A stretch of DNA of 64,000 nucleotides from Chrysomallon squamiferum (Eukaryota; Animalia; Mollusca): positions 8,742,001 to 8,806,000 of the forward strand of contig CM022672.1 of the NCBI GenBank assembly GCA_012295275.1. Reading direction: 5' to 3'. A program made the translations under genes and the position numbers. The notes beneath the pieces were generated by a model that worked only from the letters and a program-made list of their open reading frames with translations, did no database searches and was not told where the DNA came from. Every line of letters begins with the position of its first letter. Position 1 is the stretch's first letter. This document shows, in pieces, positions 54,100 to 64,000 of the stretch.

Positions 54100-57000
54100 C
54101 TGCACAAACACAAATTTTTCAAATCTGTATTGAATGAAACATAGGAGTGAATTAACCAGTTTGTTTGCAAGGAAGACATTAAGTAACACTTGGAATATAC
54201 ATAAATTAAATTTGCCTCTACATAAACATGTCTGTGATGATGCTAAGACCAAGAAGGGAGGGAAAAAAACAGAAACAGGGTTTTTAGTTTTTAAACTTCA
54301 ACCTGATAAAATATATAATTTTCACCCTGATTAAAAGAAACAAATTTATACCATTCATTTATTTTTAAAGGTCAACATTTTTCTATTACTTGAATAAACT
54401 TTGTTTCATGCAGGAATAGAATTAATGTTTAATACAATAGATCCTCATTTTAATGAATGAATTAAGTCAAAGAGGTGTCAAAAGTCAATTGATTACAAAT
54501 GTTTATAAATAATAACACTACAATTTTAATATTAAATATGTAAAACTTGATTTAAAAAGTTAACAATCAGAAACAAGAGGTGTATCAGATGATTTTTGCT
54601 ATCATGATGCTGTTAGCCAGACTATCTTCTGAACAGCTTAGATGGATGAATATGTAAGATATAAGAAAGTGTTAATCAAAGTATACCTCGAGCTTGTACC
54701 ATTGCAATTTCATTAGTGACATGATCATATCTTATGACAAGGTTACAGGCACTAACATCCAAGCCTTCCTCTGCTACAGAAGTAGCTACAATCAGTTTGT
54801 GTTGTCCTTGACGAAAGTATTTCAACACATCAATCTGACCTGTTTTTGTCATACCTGAAGTTAAAAATAATAATAACATTTAATGGATAATTCTTTATCA
54901 ATACATTTTACCTTAAGGTTATGCATCTTTGATCTTTATATAATTTTTCAACTTACCGCCTTTTTCGACAGATTAGTACTGACAAAACTATTTATGCATA
55001 TAATTAAATTCTTCATTTGTATGGTAAAACCCCATTCAGCACTATGAGAACAAATTGTAATGGTAAACACTATATCTTAATAACTTGTAAAGGTTTATAA
55101 TTATGCTGCATAATCCATTGTACTTCTATCATAAACTTTAACCTAGGGGCCACAGCCTCAAAAAATTATATAAAAAATAATAGGTTATGGTTAAATGTTA
55201 TGCATCTTTGATTTTTATATAATTTTTCAACTTGCCGCCTTTTTCGACAGATGACTGTCCTGTCATAAATCCTGGGTTAAGTTCCTTCAGTCCCGGGGTC
55301 TCCTTCATCCAGTTTTTTAAAGCAACCGCCAGATTTTTTGTTTTCACAAACACCATTGCACGAGACTCAGGTTCGTCCTTGAATGCTTTCATAAGCATTG
55401 TTTGAAGACATTTTATCTTTGGATTGTCACTTTCAGGAATTGTACTAAGATACCTCAGGTAAGGTTTATTTTCTGTAAAAACAACCCACAATATTCCGTC
55501 TAAAAGTAAGTACTTTCATTTTACTGACAACAATGTTCAAACCAGCCAAAAACATATTTAACGAAATAAAACATTTGGTGGGCTTACAACAATAATGATG
55601 TAACTTGTGAGACAATGAATATAATCTATCTTTAAAAAAAAAAAAAAATTAGTACTGACAAAATTCTTCATTTGTATGGTAGAACCCCATTGAACACTGA
55701 GAACAAATCACAATGGTAAACACTATATCTTAATAACTTGTAAAGGTTTATAATTATGCTGCATAATCCATTGTACTTCTATCATAAACTTTAACCTAGG
55801 GGCCACAGCCAAAAAAAATGTATGAAAAATAATAGGTTACAGTTAAAATATTACCTTTTTTGAATCTCACAGATATTTAATAGTTAAAAATAAACAAAAC
55901 CTCTGAATTTAAATATAGTAACAGATGCTTTGTGTTTATTAATGCTTTTGTGGGTAACTATAAAGCGCCAACACAACTTTTTTTGTTCATTTACATGACT
56001 TTCATTTCAGAGAGTTCTGAATGTAAAACACATGGAATAATTATAGTTACTTGAAATAAACAGTATCATTACAACAGATGATTAAAAATCTGCATACTTT
56101 CATAGTCTTCTTTCAGTTGTATCTCAGTTTCAGTCTCGCGACCTCTTTGATTCTGATGAAGTTCAGAAAATTTCTCATCAATATACTCCAAAGCACTTTT
56201 TGTAAGGCAATCTTCATTCAGAATTAATGCATCATTGTACACCTGAAAATTAATATATGTACTGAAGTTTACTATAATATTTATGTTGATTCATACTTGT
56301 ATAGTAATATCCTAGCTTATTTTTTAATTAATATATATTGTTATGCCTTTGTCACATACTAAAACTGTGTATAGTTCCAGATTAAAACAGCTGGATTCCA
56401 TGGACTTGAACACACTGGGGCCTAAATTTAATACCATAATATCATTATCTTCTTTATCTGTTCGTTGAAAGTGGAATATCATGGAAATGTAAGCACTGAT
56501 AAACAGAACAGTTTATAAATTTATTATAACAAGTTTATAAGATCCTCCTAGATTATCAAGTCCTGGTTTACACTGAATGTAAAAGTTTATTTACATTTTG
56601 ACTTACATTGTGGTTTGAAAACAAGTCATGTACATCAGTTTGAGTGTATGGATATGTATGTCATGTAGGTGTAGAGTTTAAAAGTTCTTGAATCAGCTAA
56701 ATGAAAATGCTTGAACTTGCCTCTAAATATATGCGACAAGAAACAAGAATCCTCTGCATCTTCTGATCATCAAGTTTAGCAATTTCTCTTCTAAGGGAGC
56801 TTATCCATTGAGAGTACTGCTCACAGGCATGCTGAGCTGGGGGAGTCAGTATCGAACTGAGTTTTTGTGGCATCTCAGTATTTTCATGAACTAACATTTA
56901 AAAAATAAAAATAAATAAATGAATAAATAAATTAGTTATTTATAGGAAGTTATCTTGCTGATTGTGTTCTGAATATAATGGCTACAGTTAAATGATTTGT

Positions 57001-57634
57001 TTTAAGAAAAAATAACAAGACGAGTAAAAATGATTTGAAAAATCATCTCGGTGTTGTTAGAGAAAATACAACTGTGAATCTACCTTGATCTTGTCACTGT
57101 TCCAACTGTCAAAAGATAAAATGGTACCATTTCGGATGTCAACATAAAATGGCAGTATTCAAATGTCAACTGATAAAATAGTCAAATATCAATTGATGAA
57201 ATGGCAGTGTTCAAATTCAGCTGATAAAACAGTTAAATGTCAACAGATAAAATGGCAGCATTTCAGATGACAACAGATAAAATGTCAGTATTCAAAAGTC
57301 AACAGACAAAAGAGCAGTCAAATGTGAACAGATAAATTGGCAGTATTCATATGTCAAGAGATAAAACAGCAGTATTCAAATGTCAAATATAAATTGCCAT
57401 ATTTAAATGTCATTAAGTGAAACTGCAACAGTCAAATATTTTGTCACAAGTCAGATAATTAACAGATATATATATTTTTCCAAACATAAATAACAAAGTA
57501 GTTTAAGAATGTTCTATTTTAAAGTTTTTTCAGAAAATTCAGGAATCTGATAATATTCAAATTTTTTGGAAAACACCAGTTCTTTGATTATCATTCTAAT
57601 TTTGATTTGATTTTGACTATTTTATAGTTGAATA

Positions 57635-57681
<47 letters not shown>

Positions 57682-60600
57682 ATTATTTAAATGATATTAT
57701 TTAAATTTACCATATTTCTGTAACATGGATTCAATTGGCTGCATCAATTTAGTGACAATATGTTTCTGAAATTGGTCATCACTACGTCGATTTACCGTCT
57801 TGATATCTGAAATATATTAAAAATACTGAATGTGATAAAATGACACACTTTTGAATAAATATTTAGTCTGAAAGTTCAGTAAAGAACTTAGTTAAGAAAA
57901 TAAAATAAAATAAAATGTTTAAATCTTTTGTTTTTGCTTATTTTTATCTGTTTTTTGACAAATTTCAATATATATTTTCTTAGTATTTAATTACTTTTGT
58001 TTGTTTGATTCTTTATTTCTTTATTTTTAATTAATTCTTGTTTTTTATTTCATTCTTTCTTTTTTCTTTTTATTCTTTTCTTTTTTTCTTTCTTTTCTTT
58101 ATTTTATATTTGCAAGTTTCTTCATATCCTTACCTACAGATGTCATTTTAGAAAAATGAGCCAAGTTTTCTTCATTTTTCTTCACAGTGACAATAAATTC
58201 AGAATCCAGGTTTGCACACAGGTTCTTAATATGCTTCACGGCTCCATCAAGTGTATTGGCCTTACCTACACCAACTGATGCAGTCAGACCTATTATCTAC
58301 AAAATGAAAGAGTTGACATATTTTAATAATTACATTGTTAGGGGCCAGTTATATATTTTTTACAGAAAATCCTCTTCTATGATACTGAATGAGGAAAATA
58401 TTTATCACAACATAATAATGTTTCTCTTATTAGCATGGGTTCTTTTTTCTTTCTTTCTTTTTATTTCTTTTTAATTTAAAATGAAAAAAACAACAAAAAA
58501 ACACACAAAAAAAAAAAAAAAAAAACTTTAATACAGATTTTGATAAGTCAGTTGTGGGAAACCATTTATTAAAAAAATATATGTTATTACCAATGTTTCC
58601 TAAAAGGCTTAATAGTTTTGAAGGGTTTTTTAATTTTAATTTGATTTTTTTGGTTTTGCATTGCAATTATTATTATTAATGGTAGTAGTAGTAGTAGTTT
58701 TTTTTTTTTTTTTTTTTTTTTTGAATTTGTTATTCTTGCTGTTGTTGTGGTTTTTGCTCTTTTTAAAATATTATTTCATTTCATTTCCATTTTCATTTTT
58801 ATGTCATTTTTAAATATTAAATTATATTAAATTATTTTATTTTATTTTATTTTATTTGTGAGAAAATCTGAAGACACAACTGTATTTAGAAGAATTGTGA
58901 TACTTTTTTTTTTTTTTTCATATGAATTTTAGGTTTTCAGCCAAAAAAATACAGGAATTTACACTTGGGGTAGCGTTTTAGTATGATGTTATTTCCACTT
59001 CTTAAAGAAGTCAACTAAAGAACAGTTACTGAAAACAGCTTACGTTTACATACAAACAAAACACTACTTGCACATTTCTTAATGACTCCCCAGAGAAAAA
59101 TGCTTAATTTAAAGTGTGGTGGTATGAATAAATAGTCTAATAAAATTCTGTTTATACTTCCAAGTTATTATTTTTGTTGTCTTGGGTAGCCTATCAAAGA
59201 ATGAAAATATAAAAATACTTTTACAAAATATTAGAAGCCACCTTTTATTTCTTCAAAGTTGGAGGTGTAATGTCATATTATATACACTGTCAACTGATAA
59301 CAGTTTATCTTCTAACAAACAAAGCATAAACTTGGTTCATTGTACATGAGAAATGGCAGAATAAGATGGTTTTAAACTTTATTCTTTTGATGTTATACTT
59401 CATTATTAATTCATGTAAGACAACAACAACAAGAAAGCCAATAAAACAAAACTTGTAAAGACTCAGAATATAATTTAGATTAATTCTTATCACATAATCT
59501 CTGAAAAATTGAAACAACAAATTATAATTAAAATAAAATGTCCGATTTCATAATTTGATGCTATGATTCCTGACATAGCACTGTTAAATTTTAAATATAT
59601 AAATTTTAAGATGATTTCTTAAGATATTACTGTAATTACAATGCAAAAGGAATAAATTAATATTTTCAATCTTTACCTGAGGAAGTCGGACTTGCTCTGA
59701 ATTTTCTCCAAATTTTAGATCCATGTATGCAGACATGATTTCATTGAATGGGTGTCTGGCTTTGGTATGATGACATTCATCAAACACCAACATTGACACA
59801 GCTGTCAGACTTTCAATCTCCTTTTCTCGAAGAGCATCAACCAGAATCTGTGCAGTCAGAAAAAGTATTCTGTTTCTGGAACATAATATAACTTTAAAAA
59901 ATTAACAAGAATGAAATTTAAATATTAAAAAAAATTAAAACCCTAAACATCACCTTTAAAAATTAACTAATAACTCAGTTAAAGGATACTGGGTAGAACT
60001 GGAAAGAGGGGATATTTGTTTGTTACTATTTTCATTTCTTTTCTTTTTCTTTAAAAAAAAAAAAAAAAAGTAATATTTATCCCTCAGAAATAATTTTTAA
60101 AATGTCCAAAATTTGTTTTTTAAACTGTCAGTTTTGTCATAATAAATAATAATGAATAAATTGCTTAAGTGGAACTTAGCATTTTAATGAGTTCCTTTCT
60201 TGTGGTTTCCCTAAGAAAGCAATAAATATCTCAATGAATCCAAAATTTTCATAAAACTGAGTAAATTTATACTGATCAAGTAAACCTCTAAGTGGAACAT
60301 TGGTGTATTAATAAGCACCTTTCTTAGGTTTCCTGAGAAATCAAAATTTTCAGAAATGTTTTTTTCATTTAAATAATGATGAATGAGTAGATTTATACCG
60401 GTCAAGTAAATCTTTAAGTGGAACTTTGTTTGTATCCTGTGTTTCACCACTGATCAGAACCATTGGCCAGTCAGGGTCCATGTACTCTTTGCATGAATCG
60501 TGCTGCTGCTTTGCTAGAGCAACTTGGTTTACCAGAAATATTATCTTCCTTACTCCTACACCTCTTTTCTTCAAATGTTCCTGTTTTCAGAAAGGATAAG

Positions 60601-61222
60601 ATGTTACTGTTTTCACCCCACTTTATGTATCTGTATGTGTGTTTGTTTTCTTTATTTTGTAGGGTTCTTGTGTGTTTGTGTATGTGTGTGTGTGGCTGCT
60701 TAAAATATAGTTATTGTGACATCAAAAATAATTGTTTAACAGAATTTTGTTTTACTTCCAAGTTATTGTTTTATTCTTTTGTGTCACTTATCATAGTTTG
60801 AAGTTCACCATTTTACCTTTTCACAAGTGGAGTCATGACATGATTAATTATTTAGTGGACTGACAGCTCTATTACCTCTGACAAAACTAAAATAAAATTT
60901 GGAACAATTTGCTTTGCTTTTTACATCACACATTCAGGTATTTTTTTAATTGTATCCTTTATTATGATTGGAAGTTAAAAACAAATAAAACACAACTTAG
61001 AAGTTTGAAGAATATATTTAAACCATCACAAAGGTACATTTTAATTGGCCTACACCCTTTTCTACCTGCATAATCTTGGCAGCAACTATGGTCTTGCCAC
61101 TGCCTGTTGGTGCAACAATGATGGTATTTTTCCCAGAAAGAGCCAGGGTAGTCAGTTCCTCTTGGTATGGACGAAGTTTCAGGATTTTTGCTGGAGCACC
61201 ATTGTTAGAAGCTTGAGACATG

Positions 61223-61255
<33 letters not shown>

Positions 61256-63553
61256 ACATCAACATCATCATCATCATCTTGTTCTGCATTATTTTCTTCA
61301 TCACTGGCACATTCACCAGCAGTGGAGTCTGAATTTGGTACAAGATTTAAATCACCTAACCAAGAAAAAAGAATAGCAATAGGAAAATATAATTCGGTTG
61401 TTTAGAACAATTTTTTTTATTTTCTTTGGAACAACATTTGTTATATGGAATAATAACTCCAATAAACTACATCATTTCATCTCTGAAATGTGCCAAAGTC
61501 CACGTAGTAAAGTTATAAAAATCAGTAGCAAACCAAACAGTAATTGCATACTTTTTGGTAACATTCTTTTTGCCAGATCCTGTTTATTCACATAAACAGC
61601 AGATCTCATAATAACAATGTAAAAATTCTAACAGTGCTAGGAACAGATGATACCTAGACACTATAGAGAACTGGTATAAAATGTCATACAATATACCAGA
61701 GACACTGTTTTAGTTCAGTATTTGATGGAAAGTATAGGGGAAGTCAAAATTGTAACAGTTATCAGGAGCAGATGAAGGTAATGCCAATGAGATATTCCTG
61801 ATGCAATAAATAATGAAAAAAATAAATAAATAAATAAATCAAGTAAAATAATAAATGACATGAAATAAAAAAACAAATTACAATATTAAAAAATCTGATT
61901 ATCAGTTCTTTTTGTTGTAATGATCAAACTGTGAAAAACTATTTAAAAAAGAAATTTCCACAACTGTATCCAAAGATACCAAGGTTAGTTGATCTGGGAC
62001 ATCAACAATTCTCAGGCAGGCTGGCCTTGACTGCTGCAGCTGTCACTAAAGGTGTGCAAGAAGTTACAATATCTCACCTGTCATTTTATCCTTCAGTTTT
62101 GTCTCCTGGTGATCTTCCTCAGAACTGAGCATGTTGATATTACTGCTTTCTATTTCATCATCTTTAGCTTTTAAGCAACACGTTTCTTCTGCATCTGTTT
62201 GCATCAGTGCCGGTTCTGATGCAGCAAAGTTTTTTTCTGAACAATAGGCTTCTCCAGACACTGGATTAAAAAAACATATTTAGTTTTTACACTTCAGAAA
62301 AATTAATAATTACTTTTCCACTGAAATTAATTTTAATTTTATTTTTTTTATTATTATTTTTTTTAACTTATATTAAAGTTTTAATTTGTAAATTTTTTTT
62401 TTTTTTTTTTTTTTTTAAATTCTGTTAACTGAATTTTTGCATTGTTCTAAAGAATATTTTAGCTGCTCTAAACAAGTATCTTTTTATTATGATGTTTATT
62501 TTTTTTTTTTATTTGTTGTTGTTTTGTTGCTGTTGTTTGTTTTGGGGGTTTTTTTTGCTCTAAGGGTTAATTAAAAATGTATACATTATGGATGCTAGTT
62601 TCCTCTGGGGGAAATTTAATAACGAATTACCTTTTATTAAAAAGAGAAGATAACAAAATAATTGATTATTTAAATAGCTCATTATTTTTTGTAGAAAAAA
62701 ATAAGATTCCATTGTTTGAAACATCTTTAAAATTTCCCATTCTTTGAAATCTTTAAGTAACACATTTTTCAAACATTAAAATGTATGTCTGGTGAGATCA
62801 CGAAACAATTTAAATATGTTTTGAATACTTCCAAATTACGTTTTATTTATTTTCTATTTCAAATCTACATTAATAATAAAGTAGAATAACCAAAAACACA
62901 GTTTTAAAATATCTGGGAGTGTCCATATTTCTCTGGTCATGACAACATTGTGTGCTAGGTGGATGTGGAAGGATTTTCTAATGCCAGTCTGCCATGATGT
63001 CATGACTCCAGCTGTAAAGGGGTAAGATAGCAAGAGAGCAATGTCATGTGATTTTTAGACACTGTTTATTTATTGTTATCAGACATGATAGCTTGTCAAA
63101 AACAATAAAATAATAACTTGGAAGTATAAACAGAATTTTATTAGACTATTTATTCACACAACCACACTTTAAATGAAGCATTTTGCTCTAGAAGTCATTA
63201 AGAAATGTGAAGGAAAACTGTTTTGTTTGTATGTAAATTTAAGCTGCTTTCAGTTACTGTATTCTTTAGTTGACTTTTTTAAGAAAATCATCTTTTTAAA
63301 ATGGCCAAAGTCGTTATAGTTTATCTTTCTTTTTAATTTGTTGAGTGAATTCACTATATGATGGTGTACCATTCAGGCACACATGTGATTTATATTTGAC
63401 AAAAGTATTTCTTCAACATTTCCACAGGAAATGCATAATGACCCACATAAGATACTTTTTATTAAAATAACTTACCTTGCAGGGTGTTTGCTTCCATTGT
63501 AGTTTTGTCCATTGTTTGTTCTTCATTGGCATACCCAGAGCATGAAGGCATTT
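53470..63553 (-). CDS. DDX58: RIG-I-like receptor (DDX58/RIG-I-like DExH RNA helicase with C-terminal zinc-binding regulatory domain), 5'-partial, with a frameshift in the last exon
   Basis: 12 exons in transcript order: 63553-63476, 62260-62078, 61355-61066, 60580-60399, 59875-59677, 58296-58134, 57806-57711, 56890-56721, 56242-56098, 55472-55236, 54854-54687, 54099-53470; phases are consistent. Motifs: Q (LRPYQ), I (APTGSGKT), II (DECHH), III (GLTAS), Hel2i (YNDAL), IV (VFVKT), V ([11 protein letters not shown]), VI (QARGRAR), CTD ([27 protein letters not shown]). The symbol denotes the closest family, not proven orthology. Confidence 0.93.
54687..54854 (-). CDS. RLR Hel2 exon (motifs V/VI)
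   Basis: cttcag|gt [55 protein letters not shown] g|gtatac. Confidence 0.95.
54918..55850 (+). repeat. Intragenic duplication in the RLR gene (54918-54973 ~ 55197-55252; 54973-55196 ~ 55649-55850)
   Basis: Near-identical blocks gttatgcatctttgat...ccgcctttttcgacagat and tagtactgacaaa...ttaacctaggggccacagcc...taggtta. Confidence 0.92.
55236..55472 (-). CDS. RLR Hel2 exon (motif IV; GC donor)
   Basis: ttacag|aa NKPYLRYLS...NPKIKCL...[10 protein letters not shown]...[11 protein letters not shown] g|gcaagt. Confidence 0.9.
56098..56242 (-). CDS. RLR Hel2i exon
   Basis: tttcag|[25 protein letters not shown]...[12 protein letters not shown] a|gtatgc. Confidence 0.92.
56721..56890 (-). CDS. RLR Hel2i exon (GC donor)
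   Basis: tgttag|tt HENTEMPQK...EQYSQWI...CRIYLE|gcaagt; joins VYNDAL in frame. Confidence 0.88.
57105..57440 (+). repeat. Degenerate ~22-30-bp minisatellite in an RLR intron
   Basis: Recurrent tgtcaacagataaaatggcagtattcaaa variants. Confidence 0.8.
57711..57806 (-). CDS. RLR Hel2i exon
   Basis: tttcag|at [31 protein letters not shown] g|gtaaat. Confidence 0.88.
58134..58296 (-). CDS. RLR Hel1 exon (motif III)
   Basis: ttgtag|[32 protein letters not shown]...KMTSV g|gtaagg. Confidence 0.95.
59677..59875 (-). CDS. RLR Hel1 exon (DECH box)
   Basis: ttccag|a [15 protein letters not shown]...[20 protein letters not shown]...RLPQ|gtaaag. Confidence 0.95.
60399..60580 (-). CDS. RLR Hel1 exon (motif Ia)
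   Basis: aaacag|[26 protein letters not shown]...LISGE...DLLD cg|gtataa. Confidence 0.92.
61066..61355 (-). CDS. RLR exon: poly-Asp linker, Q motif, Walker A
   Basis: ggttag|gt DLNLVPNSD...[21 protein letters not shown]...KLRPYQEEL...[19 protein letters not shown]|gtagaa. Confidence 0.93.
62078..62260 (-). CDS. RLR acidic linker exon
   Basis: atccag|tg [16 protein letters not shown]...KLKDKMT g|gtgaga; phase 1/1, 183 nt. Confidence 0.75.
63476..63553 (-). CDS. RLR linker exon (most 5' exon in window)
   Basis: aaaag|aa [25 protein letters not shown] g|gtaagt; phase 1/1, 78 nt, no conserved motif. Confidence 0.6.
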
Positions 63554-64000
63554 CTTTTTCAAAACAGAAATAAAAAATTATTTTTGTAAGTGCATAAGCA
63601 TTCATAAATATCAAAGCTCATAATTAAAACTAAACTGAAAATATTTGAAATCTGGGTATGTTTGTGTGTAGGTGTGTTTATTGTATTTATTTATTTATTA
63701 TTTTGCTTTTGTTATTGTTGTTATTATTTTAAAAATGAATATTGTTTACCAAATCAATAAATAGTAATTACTTTCATTTTGTATTTTTTAGCAAGTAAAC
63801 AAGGAATATACATTGACACAGATAATATTTTTAGCAAGAATCTGTGAACAGAAAAACCAAATTATAAAAATCTGAATTAAATTAAAAAGGGACACACTAA
63901 TTTATGTTGAAATTTCATAACAGTTTGAAATAATAATAAATAAAATTACTAAAACACGCTTTACAGTAGATCTAAATTAAATTACCATACATATACATTT

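Noticed and set aside
61045-61405. Plus-strand poly-Ile and poly-Ser ORFs
   Set aside because: Antisense shadows of the RLR (GAT)n poly-Asp exon.
62860-63011. Possible extra RLR exon (acceptor cctttacag| at 63011, open in phase 1)
   Set aside because: No phase-compatible donor found, and the peptide is unlike the acidic linker.

Overview
AT-rich, microsatellite-rich, spliced eukaryotic DNA from an invertebrate animal (mollusc-like by style; this is inference only). Two protein-coding genes could be built by hand from splice signals. (1) A complete LYAR gene (nucleolar C2HC zinc-finger protein) with 7 coding exons, + strand 47312-51893, 336 aa. (2) The 3' 12 coding exons of a RIG-I-like receptor (DExH helicase plus zinc-binding CTD, closest to DDX58/RIG-I), - strand 53470-63553, with the N-terminus outside the window. 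The RLR is unusual: a +1 frameshift with premature stop between the two CxxC zinc motifs of the CTD, two GC-AG introns, and a local duplication that leaves a decoy canonical GT copy of one GC donor. Bases 1-46000 contain no recognisable protein domain. They look like the long 5' intronic region of an unidentified minus-strand gene that starts head-to-head with LYAR at a CpG-containing promoter (~46030-47300), with several candidate alternative first or 5'UTR exons. Most ORF-track ORFs are spurious. All analysis was by eye; no database search was run.
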